Shown one piece after another: positions 34,333-49,216 of a stretch of DNA of 64,000 nt. This DNA comes from Fimicolochytrium jonesii (lineage: Eukaryota): the NCBI RefSeq assembly GCF_025526975.1, contig NW_026515686.1, positions 1-64,000 of the forward strand. The letters are read 5' to 3'. Each line of letters begins with the position of its first letter. Within the stretch, counting starts at the first letter, position 1. The translations under genes and the position numbers were made by a program. The notes below the pieces were generated by a model that had not been told where the DNA came from, ran no database searches, and was given only the letters and a program-made list of their open reading frames with translations.

Positions 34333-35343
34333 TCAGTAATGGCGGCGGTGAGGACGGCGACCGGTGGTAGGCTCCTCCGTAGGCTCCGGCACAGAGGTTT
34401 CGGTCGGCACAGAGGTTTCGGTCGGCTCAGGCGCATCCGTCGGGGCGGGGTCCTCAGTGGGCTGCGGGACGTCGGTGGGCGCGTCAGTAGGCTCTTCAGT
34501 AGGCTGCGGTGCGTCGGTAGGTTCCTCACCACCACCAGAGTTCGCAGCGATTTGCTCCTTGATCCAGTCGGCAAACGAGCTAACACGGGTGTAGACTCCC
34601 GGTTGCTTGGCAGCGGCGCATCCGTTACCCCACGAGACAATTCCGTAGAGGGTAGCCTGGCCGGCGTTGGTGGAGAACAACGGGCCTCCCGAATCGCCCT
34701 GGCACGAGTCGACACCTCCCTCGTCCTTGCCAGCGCAGATGGTCGAGTCGGGCGCGTTTTCAGCACCGCCGAGGTACTGCTGGCATTTCTTCTGGTCCAT
34801 GATGGGCACGGAGACCTCTTGCAGGATGTCGGGTTGCTCGCCACCGGAGGAGAGGGTTCCCCACCCGGACACGATCAACGAGGCGGGTGTGGTGGCATCG
34901 GTGGAGAGGGAGGCGGTAGGTTGCGTCTTGCCGCCGGCGGTCTTACGCTTGAGCACCCAGATGGCGAGATCGTTCAACGGCACCGGGTTCTGGGTGAATT
35001 CGGGGTGGGGGATGATCTTGGTAACATCGTAGTCGATACCGCCTTCCTCCGCCGTCGACTTGCTCTGGTCGTAACGGACGGCGGAGACGAGCATGCCGTC
35101 GGGGTTAGAGGGCTTGCCGCTCTCGTCCACGGAGCAGTGTCCGGCGGTGAGGAGGATGTTCTCGGCGATGATGGTGCCGCCGCAGTTGGCGGTTGGAGAA
35201 CCGTTCATGCGGATCATGGCGAGCCAGTCGTGGTGAGCAGCATCCTTTCCTCCCACAATGGGGTTGGAGGGGGCTTTTGGGACGGCGGCGGCGAGCGCAC
35301 AAGGGGTGGCGAGGAGCGCGGCGATAGCGATGCGGGCGATCAT
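34333..35343 (-). CDS. Secreted trypsin-like serine protease (S1A) with Pro/Thr/Glu-rich C-terminal tail, intronless
   Basis: Signal peptide, IVGG, LTAGHC, NDLAI, DSCQGDSGGP, GIVSWGNGC, PGVYTRVS. PTDAPQPTEE repeats. Confidence 0.96.
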   Translation of the reverse strand: MIARIAIAALLATPCALAAAVPKAPSNPIVGGKDAAHHDWLAMIRMNGSPTANCGGTIIAENILLTAGHCSVDESGKPSNPDGMLVSAVRYDQSKSTAEEGGIDYDVTKIIPHPEFTQNPVPLNDLAIWVLKRKTAGGKTQPTASLSTDATTPASLIVSGWGTLSSGGEQPDILQEVSVPIMDQKKCQQYLGGAENAPDSTICAGKDEGGVDSCQGDSGGPLFSTNAGQATLYGIVSWGNGCAAAKQPGVYTRVSSFADWIKEQIAANSGGGEEPTDAPQPTEEPTDAPTDVPQPTEDPAPTDAPEPTETSVPTETSVPEPTEEPTTGRRPHRRHY

Positions 35344-38219
35344 CGTGATTGTTTGATTATGGGTGGTAAGGATGGGGTTTTGTGTGAATACTGCTGGCTC
35401 GTCGCGATTCCCAGGAGAAGAGAAGGATGGGAGTGATCACTGATGATCTGGTGAAGAAGAAAAGGGGAGTGGTCCAGGGACGTGAGCTTTTATAGGTTTC
35501 AGAGGCCTTTCCACAACCATGCTCCTCCCACTCGGCAGAAGGGGCCTTGCTCGTTGCAGCAACCCGTTCTCTCCATTACGCATACCCGCACCTCCTCATC
35601 CCAGTGCACACCCTCGCCTCACAATCACAGACAGTGCACCATGGGCTCGTTATCTCCCACAAAACCTGTATGATACTGCATCCTGTGTATGATACTGTGT
35701 GTGATAGTGCTTCCTGCGTGCCGCGGGGTGTCCAGTATCACTCGCTCGACTTTACTAGCTACGATATGGCAGATACTACGACATCCGAAAATTGTTGGGA
35801 TTGTTGTGCATCCTGCGATCACCGCGGGGCTTCACGGTGTGTTTGATCGCAGACGCGGCATGTGCCGACGTGCTGGACGTACGACAGCGACGACAGGATC
35901 CTCGTCTTTCGGGTGAAGCAACCCTGGGTGTCTCCGCACTCGAAATAGAGAAATGCGGCGGAGCAGCGGCTTTGCGGGATGTGTGCGAAACGCGCGTTGA
36001 GAGAAAACTGCACGTTGCTTTCGCTCACGCCGGGAAGCGCGTGGACACCAGCCCGACCGTTGTGGCCACTGGACATGAACTTTGGAATCCGCAGAACACA
36101 CCACAACCAACTGCGCTATCACTCCCTTCTGCCGCATCGTGCGCCCTGCTGCAGTATCCTAGCGTCGTCATCCCGCATCCCCAGAATCCCTGTACTCGCC
36201 GAGTCTTAGGTCTATTCCCCAACGCTGTGATACGTACGGTGATACCCATGGGGTTTTGAGCACATATAGTTCACATCCCACACGGTAGATAGCGTGTAAC
36301 TTTGGGCGACGGGCGATGACGTCCTTCCGTAGACTCCAAGCGCCGCATTGATGCAGGTCGGTGTGGACAGTACTCCAAGTTGAGTCCACTCTCTACAGTA
36401 CGACGGACTTCCCGAGGGTCGTAATTTCGGAGGCGGATGGGATCCGCCGGTCAGCGGCCGGTCGGGGACCTCCTGGCAGATCTGCCAAAAAGCGAAATGC
36501 AAACAGGATCCACCGTCTGTCAACAGTTATTCACCCACTGCAATGTCCCATGGGTCCCATACGCCAATGCGCAGCAGCGGGTTGGCGACGAACGGGCAAT
36601 CTGCAATTTGCAATTTGCAAATGACTCTGGAGTCTGGATGATTTTCGTCGTCAGGATGACGGGAAGCCCATGTGGCCGTGCGGCGTAGGATGTTGATCAA
36701 GTGTATCCACGCGCGAGAATTTTCTACGTGTCGATGGAACGTTGCGTGAGGCAACATTGAACACAGCGGAGTTGAGGAAAATTGACGGCCTTTTTCCACT
36801 GTGGTCCGAATCCAACTTGCACACAGCGTCCCGACTCCCGAGTGCAAACATGGGACGCATTTTGTTCACAAGTATCACCATAACACATAACACATCATGA
36901 ACTAAAACGAAAGGAGACAACGATGACATATTTATTCGAAAACGGATACTACGAAGCACGCCCTCCTTGAACCTAACGACTCTCGGCAAAGCCACCGCTG
37001 TTTTGAGTACCTTGACCCGCGGGGACGGATGGCGGCGGCGGATTGACGGACATGGGACTCGAGCGGGGGGGCACATCAGCCGGAAGCGAGCGAAGCGAGC
37101 GCGGAAAGCGGGAAGGGAAATCCAAAGAAAGGGCGGTGGAGACGTTGTTGGGACGTAATGTGCGGGTGACGTGCATTTGCAGGCGTCGGTTTGGGGAAGG
37201 GATGCTTCAACCAGAAGGTGGAGGAGATGTTGCTGGGGAGTGATGTGGGGTGAGTAGGCGGCGGGGTTGAGGTGCGTGCGGCGGGTTGAGGTGCGTTTCC
37301 GCCGACCCAACGACCGGGGCTCAACAGGACTGACTCGGTTTGACGCGTAGGGCGGGGAGCAGCGTAGATCTCGGCGTCGCTCCCTCATGTACCTACCGTA
37401 TACGTTTTTGCGTATTTGATTGTTGTGGCGCCCCTTGCAGTTTGTGCAGTGGATTGCTGCATGATGCCATGAAAAGCTCGCAGAGGAAAATGTGGTTTCA
37501 CATTTGGGGTTTCGTGCACTCGTCGGCATCTGGTCGCCCTCGAAAACAGCATGCCGGAAACGTCTATGGCCGAACCACCACCGCACGACGAGAATGAACA
37601 CCACCCCGCGATCTCCGATCCGGGTATGCGGTGAGCGGGCGCTGGTCGATCTCCTGATGGGACTGGTGGATCTTACCATGGGATTGACTGCAGTAACTGG
37701 TAACCTTCACCGGGGACTAGGCAGCAGGAATTAGACAACCAGACCGTCTCCACGCCTCAGATAGGCACTCTTCTAGATGCCGGTGCAGTGCCAACCTCAT
37801 CTGGGTGCTTTAGAGTTTTAAATGTCTACCACACACTCTGTTCTTCAGTACTTAAATAGAAAAACAATTAGTACCGCCGAGTATCGGAGCCACCCCTTCT
37901 TACCCCTTTTTGCCTCTGTGTGGTGCAGTGTTAATGCGCATGTACTGCCAAGTTCCATGTACCGCCACTGAATGATGTCCAACAGCAACGATGTCCACTC
38001 TTCCCAATGATTGTTTTTACAACTCCCATTTTTTTTTTTCGTAAAACAGAAAGTTTCCTTAAAAGAGAACAAACTACAAAGACGCACACAACGAAACGTG
38101 AAAGCAACGCTTCATCTCGAACAACAAGCAAAAGAGTATCACAGAACGCCAACGAACGACTCCAACCAAGTCATTGCTCCACGCATAAATCCAGGCGCAC
38201 CATCCCCAGAGTTTTCTGC

Positions 38220-40144
<1,925 letters not shown>

Positions 40145-40818
40145 CTTTGCTATATGTTTGAGTGTTGGTGGAAGCTGTGGTTTGGTGGGTTTGCGTGCGT
40201 TCGAGGGTTGAGATTGCTTTTGCGGCCGGTTGTTTTGCGGGTTTGGTTTTCTGGATGAGGTCGCGTTATGAGTTGCCCGCCGCGTTGTTTGTCGTTTATG
40301 GCGGATCCCAAATGGGTTTGATTAGCGCTTGTGGGTTGGAAAGCGCTCGAATGCTGATCACGGCCCTAATGTAAAAGTCACGGAAGTATAGTGCAAGGGT
40401 CTAAAGTTGCGGGGTCTCCCTCAGCTTTTGATTAGCCGGGCGGGTACGGAATGTTGCCCGGTTGATTAGTCCTCAGATGGTCCGAGGGCACGAATAGCTT
40501 CCCCTCCCGCTAAGTCCGAATGAGGCAGAGAAGAGAGAAACGCGGGGGTGCGCGCTCCTTGTGCGTGACTCACCCGTGACATTGTTCGTGTAACCCCTCG
40601 CCCCCGAACTCCCCCAGACTCGCTCGCCGGTGGGCATCTGCGTCCTTCAGGAGTCGGCATCTGCTCTGCTCTGCATCGGGCATCAGTAACTTATTTGCAT
40701 ATTCTCACCGACACTAGCACAGCCGGGTGGTGCGGTCTTGTCCTTTCGGCGTCTGTCCTCCCTCAGCAGACTCACCCGCACTCGACTGCCGCCGCGGCCC
40801 TTCCAACCCTTCGCAAAA

Positions 40819-42361
40819 ATGTCGACTTTATCCATACCGCCATCCACCACCGCAACAGCACCTCCAATACCAACGTCACCATCACAACCGCCATCCCATC
40901 CCAACACCACCCACCAAAAGCTCGACAAAAACTCCTACTCCTACATATGGCGCTCCCTCCTCGCTGGGGGTATCGCAGGCTGTGCCGCAAAAACCGCCGT
41001 CGCACCCCTCGACAGAGTCAAAATCCTCTTTCAAACAAATAATCCGCATTTCGAGAGGCATGCCGGCAGCTTCAAGGGGATATTCAATGCCGGCGCCGAG
41101 ATCAAGAGGCTTTATGGCGTTAGAGGGCTGTTTCAGGGCCATAGTGCGACATTGCTGAGGATTTTTCCGTATGCCGCCATCAAGTTTATGGCTTATGAGC
41201 AGATTAAGCATCGGCTCGGTGTTGGGAAAGCCGGTGTATCGCATACGGAACAGGCTTTCAGGAATATGGTTGCGGGATCGCTGGCTGGTGAGTACCGCGA
41301 GCGGCGAGCGGCAGCGAAAGCGAATGGAGTGGGCGAGAGCGAACGAAGTGAGCGCTTGATTTGCGCACGGGAGCCCGAGCGAAGGGAGTCCCGGTGCGCC
41401 AAAGGCGCAATAGTCCAAATCATCATGGCTCTTAGCGAACACCGGCGAGCGTTGGATATTCTAGCGAGCGAAGCGAGCTTGTTGTAACGGTCGCCTCAGG
41501 ATTTCGTGAGCATTCGACCGAAATTGACACCCTCCCTCATTCCCCCTAGGCTGCATATCAGTATTCTTCTCATACCCTCTTGACCTTCTCCGCGTACGTC
41601 TCGCCTTTGAAGTACGCACAACAACCGCCGCCAGCCAAGTGCCCCTCCAACCCGTCAGTCTCTCCAGCGTCGTCAAGATGATCTACCACGAGCCGAATCC
41701 ATTCTTTGCAGAGGATCTTGCTGCGGATGGGAATGGGGTGGAGAGAAAGGGGTGGTCGAGGGTGCCGGGCGTGTTGAACTTTTATAGAGGGTTCATGCCG
41801 ACGATTTACGGGATTGTGCCCTATGCGGGGTACGTATCATCTGGGCGGGATGTATTTCGTGGCTCCTCTATTTTGCGTACCAACGTCCGACATCCCTCGA
41901 TTCCATACAGAGTATCCTTCCTTGTTTATGAACGCCTAAAAACGTACGCCAAAACAACTCTCGGCCGATACACCCTCGTCTCTCCCACGCCAACTTCTTC
42001 AACAACACCCGCACGCCCCCCACAACTAACATGGTGGGCTTACCTCGCCTGCGGCGCCCTCTCAGGCGCGATCGCTCAAACCACCGCATACCCATTCGAA
42101 GTCATCCGGCGGAACATGCAGGTCGCTGGCGTCGCTTCAAAAACTCCCATCTCAACCACCACATCCCAAACATCTTCCACGACTTCGACGAAACTAGCCC
42201 AACGCAAAACGACCCTGTCGACGGCGAAGTGGATTTATGGCCGGAAAGGGTTCAAAGGGTTTTTTGTTGGGCTGAGTATCGGGTATCTGAAGGTGATGCC
42301 GATGAGCGCTGTGAGCTTTTTTACATATGAGTGGGGGAAGGGGTGGTTGGGGATTGAGTAG
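40819..42361 (+). CDS. LEU5: Mitochondrial coenzyme A carrier (LEU5/SLC25A16-like); exons 40819-41287, 41550-41829, 41911-42361
   Basis: AGGIAGCAAKTAVAPLDRVKILFQ, GLFQGHSATLLRIFPYAAIKF, YPLDLLRVRLAFE, YPFEVIRRNMQV, GFFVGLSIGYLKV. Three carrier repeats. Confidence 0.9.
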
Positions 42362-44063
42362 GGTTGGTCATACGAGAAGAGGAGCCAGCGACGAGTCAGT
42401 CCATAACGAGCAATGCTGGTTAGAACCGAAACATCCCGTCCCATACACCCACCCGACAAGACCGCATACCGCAAACCTCAAACTCGTTCAGCTACACTCC
42501 TCAGCCGGCATCTGTCACATCGCATCGCATCGCGGTATACCCACCTCACCGCATCCGAACCCATCAGCACGCAAACACATTCATCGCCCCACGCGAAACA
42601 ACGCACCACCCACCCCAAAAAACATATCAAAACTCGGCAATCCCAAACGCCCGATCGAACCCGCAGAGATTCTGGGACACGACTGGGATGTGTATTTCGG
42701 ATGCTTTCTCGCGGCGCGCGCCGGTTGGGTGGGTGGGTGGATGATGTGGCGAGGGGCGGTGGGATATTAGCATGAGCGCTGTTGCGGTCAAACAGCATCG
42801 GGAGGAGCATACCGGACCGCCGCATCACACATCACCTCAGTCATCTCATCACCCGCACATCACCCTCACCGTCGACCACGTTATCCTAGACCACTTCACC
42901 CGGTTTCAAGACACATTCGGAACGGGCACGGACGGTTATCTAGAACCCGTAGAGTATATACTCCCGCATCAGGTCTCACGCCGTTGATTGCTAGGAATGG
43001 CCCGGAACGCCATTGAGGGGGGCTTTCTGGGGCTGAACGATGTGGTGCGGATAGATGTTTGGGATGGGCGATGTGGTTTTTCATTGTAGATAATGAGGAG
43101 AGGTGCTGGAATTATACCCTATATTTACATATTTGATGAGAACGGTCCTCTTCCTAGTCCGCGCTCGTGCACATCTCGACTCCGGCCGGATCTCCGTGCA
43201 CCATCCCTGCCACGGCCGGTACAGACCGCGTCTCTCCCACCGGGCGTAAGAGTATGCTTCTGCAATTCTGAAACTGTCTCTGCCTTTCTTTCATTGTTCG
43301 ACCATCCAAATCTTCACTGAAACCTCTCGCGGCTTCATTGCACCGCCCGCCACAGCCGCGGACTTTTTTTCCCGGCCAAAATCTGACTCGCGGGCTCGCT
43401 CTCGTTGCTTGTTGTGAGGGGCCTCCATATACACCGTCGTCGAGATCCAATTCCTGTTGGGAACGTCCTCACGGGCCAATGATCGAAGTGGTGTGCGCCC
43501 ACGACGGGGTATCCGCAGGGCCAAGTCCACCTGCTCCCGTGTCCTCTTTGGCTCCATGCCCGTCTTGTCAGCGCCGGGTGCCGTGCTTAACGCTCAACCT
43601 CACCCGCAAACCGACCCAGAAAAGTACCAACCCCCACCTCTCCTCGCGCTGTGGTGTATGCGGCTTCGAGGTGTTACCCCTCCGCCTAGGTCACCGCCCG
43701 GTCGCGACAGCGGGTGAATACTTTTCGGGAGATCCTGCGTCACAGACGGGATCGTTGTCTCGATCGACAGCCTCTTTGTTGTCTTGGGGCCGAACGAGAA
43801 CGCTTATCGCCACGGCTACCCTTGGGAATGAAAGCCCGTGATTGTGTTCCGTCGCGCGGGTCACGGCCAGATGTGAAGGGACCGTCTTCTTCACATGACG
43901 GGGTCGACGAGAAGAGCCCGGCAAACGAGGGCGTGAAAGGCTGGCTGTCGTAGCCTGCCGAGGTCTCTGAAGATGGCGCGCGAGATGGCAGAAGGAAAAA
44001 GTAGGGCAAGCACCTATGTAGGGCCGAAATTGTGCGAAAGCCAAAGAAAAGGAAAAAGAAATG

Positions 44064-44135
44064 CTTCCAGTCCGGGAATCGAACCCGGCTCTTCCGCGTG
44101 ACAGGCGGAGATACTAGCCAATATACTAACTGGAA
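44064..44135 (-). tRNA. tRNA-Asp (GTC)
   Basis: Reverse complement TTCCAGTTAGTATATTGGCTAGTATCTCCGCCTGTCACGCGGAAGAGCCGGGTTCGATTCCCGGACTGGAAG. T-rich terminator follows. Confidence 0.93.
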
Positions 44136-45699
44136 TTGGATATCTGACATCATCACGCTGTTAAATATATTCTCTTGATCGTCAAAGCAGTCTCGGTGCG
44201 CTGTCATTTCGCACCGAAGCAGCTCTCGCTCGCTATCGCTCGGCCTCGAATGGTCAACTCCGGCGCCATCTGCTCGGAATGACACGCGGAAGTAAGGTCT
44301 ATAACCTTTGATGTCCAATAGAGGTATCACCACAAGGTAAGCGGAAGGGAACATTGGGTCGAGAGTAGGGAAGAGTACGCCAGCTCTGTGTCAACGGGCA
44401 CTCCTTGCAAGCAACCCGGAAGTGGCAAACACTAGCTAAAACCTGGCGATTGACCAGGTGTGCATGGTGTCGCAAAACAGAAGGGGATAACGGAGAGAGG
44501 GAAAATGCAAGGAGGGTTGCTATCCTTGATGTCTACGATATTGTCGAAATGTCGGATGCGGCAGCGATAATGACGCAGAAGTGCGCGAGCTAGAAGGGCA
44601 CGATTGGACATGGGCGAAGGATGAAGAAGAGAAGCAGCGTTCATCAGAAAGAGTGCAAGTGAACGAGTCCTTCAAAGGCAGGGAGAGGTCAGCCGGGGGG
44701 TCGGTATCCTCCCCGTTCCATAATAAACTACGTATGAGCTACATGCACACGGCCTTTGTCATTGGGATATGCAGATGTTATGTAATGTATCCTCTCCTGC
44801 ATTCAGAGGAAGAACGACAGGAAGGCTTTCTAGGTGAAGGGAACTGACATCTTCCCGTTCGAACTTACTCTAATCATTATTGCGCACTATCGGCAAATCC
44901 CTACCGCGTGGTTGAACGTCGACGCTGAAGGTACATATGCCGAGACGGAACGTCTGTTTTCGCTTGCGGTTTGCAAGCAAAACCGTGAATGCGGAATAGA
45001 CATGCTGCCTGCCCATCGGCCAGCGCCCACCTTTGTCTGAATATCGCAGCTTCTGTTGAGTATACTTGCTGTTGAAATAGTCTGTGCCTGTTGAAATTGA
45101 CCACGGACGGCAATGTCACACAAACGCAAGATTCTGAACGGCGCTCGGTACCGGAAAACGTGCGGGTTTCCTTCGACCTGGATTCATCAGATGCATTGCG
45201 GGATGGCCTGGGAAAGCATACCGCAGTCCGAGCGGCGTCGGGGGTCCAGATCCAGCCCTGTTTAGAGCCGCCCATCTACCGGGAGTGTGGAGAAGGGCAT
45301 TCCTAGTCATGGGTGTGATTGAGTGGTGATGTTTGAGTCGAGAGTATTGGGCTGCTTGTTTGAGGGAAGGCCGCCTATTGTGTGTGAGTGTGACGGGGAT
45401 CCCTCAAAGCATGCCGCTCCTTTCTCTCAATGCCAACCGCAAGAAACCCTTGCATTTCCAACATTTCCCTGAACACCGCCTTCACAGATATACGCAGAGA
45501 ACCGTTTACTGCGGGGCACTCGGTCAGGCCGCAGGAAAAGCTCATACACCGCACGTGCTTGCTTAGTCGGAGAAGTCAATCTGACTCCTTCTCGGCCGTC
45601 AGCAGCAACGAACCGAGTAGCAAAGGCGACGAAAACAACGAACAGAGAGTCTGAACACAGCACACCAACTTGAAGTAAGCCTGACGAACGCCGGCCAGC

Positions 45700-48582
45700 A
45701 TGAGCAGCGCACCGGTTTACGGCCGGTCATTCCTTCAGGGCGTGGAGGAATTTGAAAGCGATGCCGCCAGCGGCCCCTCCGCGAACACGGACCCCAGTGT
45801 CGGTTCCGCTAGCCCGAAGCAAAGGACACAGGGGACTCAACAGTTACATAATCGAGCGAGCATGGCCGACGTCCGCAAACTTATCACCGGCCGCAACGCG
45901 GCCCTGCAAGGGAACACCCCGTCTGCGTCGACGCCTCACCTGGTGAATTCGCTGACGAAGCCATTGACCACCTCGAGCCTCTCGCGAGCGCAGAAGTCCC
46001 CTCAGCCGCTACCAATGTCGCCACTCTCGGCAGGGAGTGGAGACTCCAGCAATGCGTCCCTTCCACGCCGAGATTTGGATTTCGAGACGCTTCTCCGGTC
46101 AAACGAGACCAAGAAGATGTCCTCTACCCCCGACCACTTGAAGGACTTGGAGATTAGGAAAATGTCGATGGACCAACCTAGAGCGAAAATGCAGGCGAAG
46201 GCCGCTGCTGGGTTTGAAGACGACTCGGCGCTCTTGTCTCTGTTGAGGTCGAGCAGGAACCCGGCCGCAGGACCTGCGAGAGCCGCAGAGGCGAGCGCGG
46301 ATGCTACACATGAGCCTTTGGGGAGCAAGCCGGGGAAGGCCCGGTCAACGCATTGGATCGAATTCTTGAACAGCACAAGCCCTGAAGATATTCACCGGGA
46401 AGCACTCCCGACGCCCCCATTGTCCAACCGATCATCCCAGGAAAGTGGTGCTCTACCGAAAGACAAAACGGGCAGCTCCACACCTGTCCGAGGTGATCAT
46501 CCCATTCACGGCAGTACGACGGAACCGCGAGTAAGCACCAGCCTCCCTCGTCCCCCAGGTTCCCCAACACCGGGACGCCCTGGCTCCGCGAACTCGTCTG
46601 AGGCCGGCTCTCCACGTCGCACTAGGACTTTGTCAAACTCGGATGTGATGTCGGCGATAGCCAAAAATGTTTTGGCTCGAGCCGGCTCGGATCAGGCGCC
46701 TAGCGTATCCAGCGCCCCGGCCGCAGCTTTTCCCACCCCTCCTCCCTTGAACTCGAGATACATTACCCCGTCGACGTCTACGCAAACCACCGTGACCGCC
46801 GCCCCGATAACTGACGGGAAGAAGAGCAATGGCAACAAGGGCAGACGGAGTGCTGCATTACGCTTGTTCACAACCCTTCATCTTCGAGGACCCAAAACAT
46901 CCACTACTACTTCCGCATCAACACCCGCACTAGTTTCGCAAACTCGTGGAGTCAGCCCACAGCTCACACGACCGGCCTCGGTCCATCGACTCGTTGTTGG
47001 TGGTAGAGCGCAGGGACTAGTGTCGCCTACAAGCCCTTTGAAAGAGCTGCGCTCAATCACTTCAGAAGGCGGCCCGGAAGCTGAAGAACCTGCGAAAATT
47101 GGAATTGCGACAACATCTCTCGTCGATGCCGTCCATCGTCTGGTGGTGTTGGATCCGGCGTTTGCGAACCTGGACGAATTGATGAAGGATGCAACTATCG
47201 TGGACGAGCCTGTCCCGCTCGAACCCTCGAGCATTGCCGATACGGCTACATCGAGCTCAAAGATCACCCAGGAGTCTGCTCAGGAACATCAAGCAGACGA
47301 CAACACAGCGGCGTCGAGCTCGGTCGATTCGTCGGCGGTTGAAATGCGGTCGCAATCTACACAAACAATTCACTCTGTACTTGTAGCGGAAACCGAGTTT
47401 GTGTTCGACGAAGTTGATGGGCACCATGAGGAAGACGTGGAACATGATGCTGGAAATGGGCATGTCGTCAACTCTCCCGGCGAGTTCGTTGATGCCCACG
47501 TCATGTGCATGACCTGTGGTACTCCCGCATTTATGGTCGATGGAGATGGTGAAGTCAACGGCCCGGTTAACGTGTCTGTCGCAGTGCCCACCGCAACAAC
47601 GAACGAGATGGAGAAGGCCGTCAACGACCGGGATCACATAATCAAGGCGCTGCAGCACCGGGCCGCCGCTCTCGAAAACGCGCTTCGGGTCGCCTGCGAC
47701 ACCTCTGCTGCTGTCTTGAGCGCGACAAAGGCGAAACAGACAGTTTCGGCTGCTACCAACACGGATGCAATCGTCAATGCCTCGAAATTCTCGCAGAGCG
47801 GCCCTCCTTCCCCGGATAACACCCCTCCGCGCAGTCTGGCTGTTTCCACCATCGAGGGTGTACGAAACGTACCATTCGTGCCTCCGCCGGCGGCGCCTTC
47901 GACGCCTACCGAAGGAATGACCAGCCCCGTCGCTCCCGTGCGTGACATATCTCTTCCAAGGGATCAGGACTCCAGGACGGCTTCAATCGCCGCCATCGCT
48001 CCCGTACCATCGGTATCGTCCGCTCGGACAGGATCTGCAGTGTCAACCATGACATCCACCGGCTCTGCCCCATCCTCCCAACCGGTGCCACCCCCGAAAA
48101 TGTCCACTCGCGCTCGCTTCGTCGCGGCCGTCCCTGCCGCGAAGACCGTAACCCTCACTCCGCTCCCTTCCTCGGTCATCAGCGACCCCAGTACCGCCAG
48201 CATTATCCGATCACCCACTCGTGAAGTCCACGTTACCACCGGATTCCCGAGTTCCAACGACGCTGCTCCAAAATCCGAAGCCAGGAAAGTCACACCGGCG
48301 CCCATTCTCACTCGACCGTCGGCGGCCGCCACCGCGAGCACAACCATCAAGCCGGCGCTACCGACCCCTTCCCCACAACCCACGTCGACCGCGTCGTCGA
48401 CATTGTTGAGTCCTTCTGCCTTGAAGACAGACGACATCTTTGGTCCTAACCCTTCGTCTTCGTCTCTCGGCCTCGGCCTTGACATTGACCGTGCCCTGCC
48501 GCGCATCAACGACGGCGCTGCGAGCTCGTTATTCGACTCATCGAGCCTAGCTGATGAACTGGACAAAATCTTCGGCGTATGA
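45700..48582 (+). CDS. Large S/P/T/A-rich, largely disordered protein (960 aa) with a short coiled coil
   Basis: Single long ORF. Short ordered-looking islands (LDFETLLRSNETKKMSSTP, HWIEFLNST, RDHIIKALQHRAAALENAL, LADELDKIFG). Confidence 0.75.
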   Translation: MSSAPVYGRSFLQGVEEFESDAASGPSANTDPSVGSASPKQRTQGTQQLHNRASMADVRKLITGRNAALQGNTPSASTPHLVNSLTKPLTTSSLSRAQKSPQPLPMSPLSAGSGDSSNASLPRRDLDFETLLRSNETKKMSSTPDHLKDLEIRKMSMDQPRAKMQAKAAAGFEDDSALLSLLRSSRNPAAGPARAAEASADATHEPLGSKPGKARSTHWIEFLNSTSPEDIHREALPTPPLSNRSSQESGALPKDKTGSSTPVRGDHPIHGSTTEPRVSTSLPRPPGSPTPGRPGSANSSEAGSPRRTRTLSNSDVMSAIAKNVLARAGSDQAPSVSSAPAAAFPTPPPLNSRYITPSTSTQTTVTAAPITDGKKSNGNKGRRSAALRLFTTLHLRGPKTSTTTSASTPALVSQTRGVSPQLTRPASVHRLVVGGRAQGLVSPTSPLKELRSITSEGGPEAEEPAKIGIATTSLVDAVHRLVVLDPAFANLDELMKDATIVDEPVPLEPSSIADTATSSSKITQESAQEHQADDNTAASSSVDSSAVEMRSQSTQTIHSVLVAETEFVFDEVDGHHEEDVEHDAGNGHVVNSPGEFVDAHVMCMTCGTPAFMVDGDGEVNGPVNVSVAVPTATTNEMEKAVNDRDHIIKALQHRAAALENALRVACDTSAAVLSATKAKQTVSAATNTDAIVNASKFSQSGPPSPDNTPPRSLAVSTIEGVRNVPFVPPPAAPSTPTEGMTSPVAPVRDISLPRDQDSRTASIAAIAPVPSVSSARTGSAVSTMTSTGSAPSSQPVPPPKMSTRARFVAAVPAAKTVTLTPLPSSVISDPSTASIIRSPTREVHVTTGFPSSNDAAPKSEARKVTPAPILTRPSAAATASTTIKPALPTPSPQPTSTASSTLLSPSALKTDDIFGPNPSSSSLGLGLDIDRALPRINDGAASSLFDSSSLADELDKIFGV

Positions 48583-49144
48583 GGACGGGATGGGAAAGCC
48601 CACTCGGGTTGGAAGTCGCGGAATTGTCGGAGTACACCCGACCCCTGATTTCGACAAAGTGACTGCTGATGTACACATGCAACCGACTCGGCTGGGATCG
48701 ACAGGCTGGCCTGAACACCCGCTCCCAATCATGCGAATAGAATATGCCCTTACATCTAGACACGACCCCATCCACAGTCACAACCCCCCGATATCAACTT
48801 ACCGTACGTACGCTGTACCTCTCCCACATAGACGCGTAGTATATAGTGCGGACACAAGCCGCATCCCATCTTTACAGTAGTTGTGATTTTCGACCTCCCT
48901 AGATTAGATTTTTTTGAGGCGTATAAAGGCCCTGTGTATCATTCCCACTTCATCCTGACACAGACACGACAGTACCACTTGGCCATCGAAACATTGATCA
49001 TTAATGAAAGATTCTCCTGCACTCTGTCCCATGGTTATGGTGAGGTTCCAACAACCGATAAATTTGATTCTACTAGTGCTAACCGAATCAAAAATATGGT
49101 CGGCATGATGATGAACGAAAAATGGAAAAGTTGACAAAACAAAA

Positions 49145-49216
49145 TGCCCCCTGCGTGGATCGAACACGCGACCTTCTGCTTACGAGGCAGACGCTATGCC
49201 ACTTAGCTAAAGGGGC
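49145..49216 (-). tRNA. tRNA-Thr (CGT), second copy
   Basis: Reverse complement GCCCCTTTAGCTAAGTGGCATAGCGTCTGCCTCGTAAGCAGAAGGTCGCGTGTTCGATCCACGCAGGGGGCA. Confidence 0.95.

Noticed and set aside
34276..35436. 386-aa + strand ORF
   Set aside because: Antisense shadow of the trypsin gene, explained by GC-rich codon bias.
35640..35850. Cys-containing fragment vaguely like a PAN/apple module (CVPRGVQYHSLDF...CWDCC)
   Set aside because: Too short and interrupted to support a call.
36651..37679. 342-aa - strand ORF
   Set aside because: Arg/Pro/Ser-rich with no recognisable domain; likely a spurious GC-rich frame.
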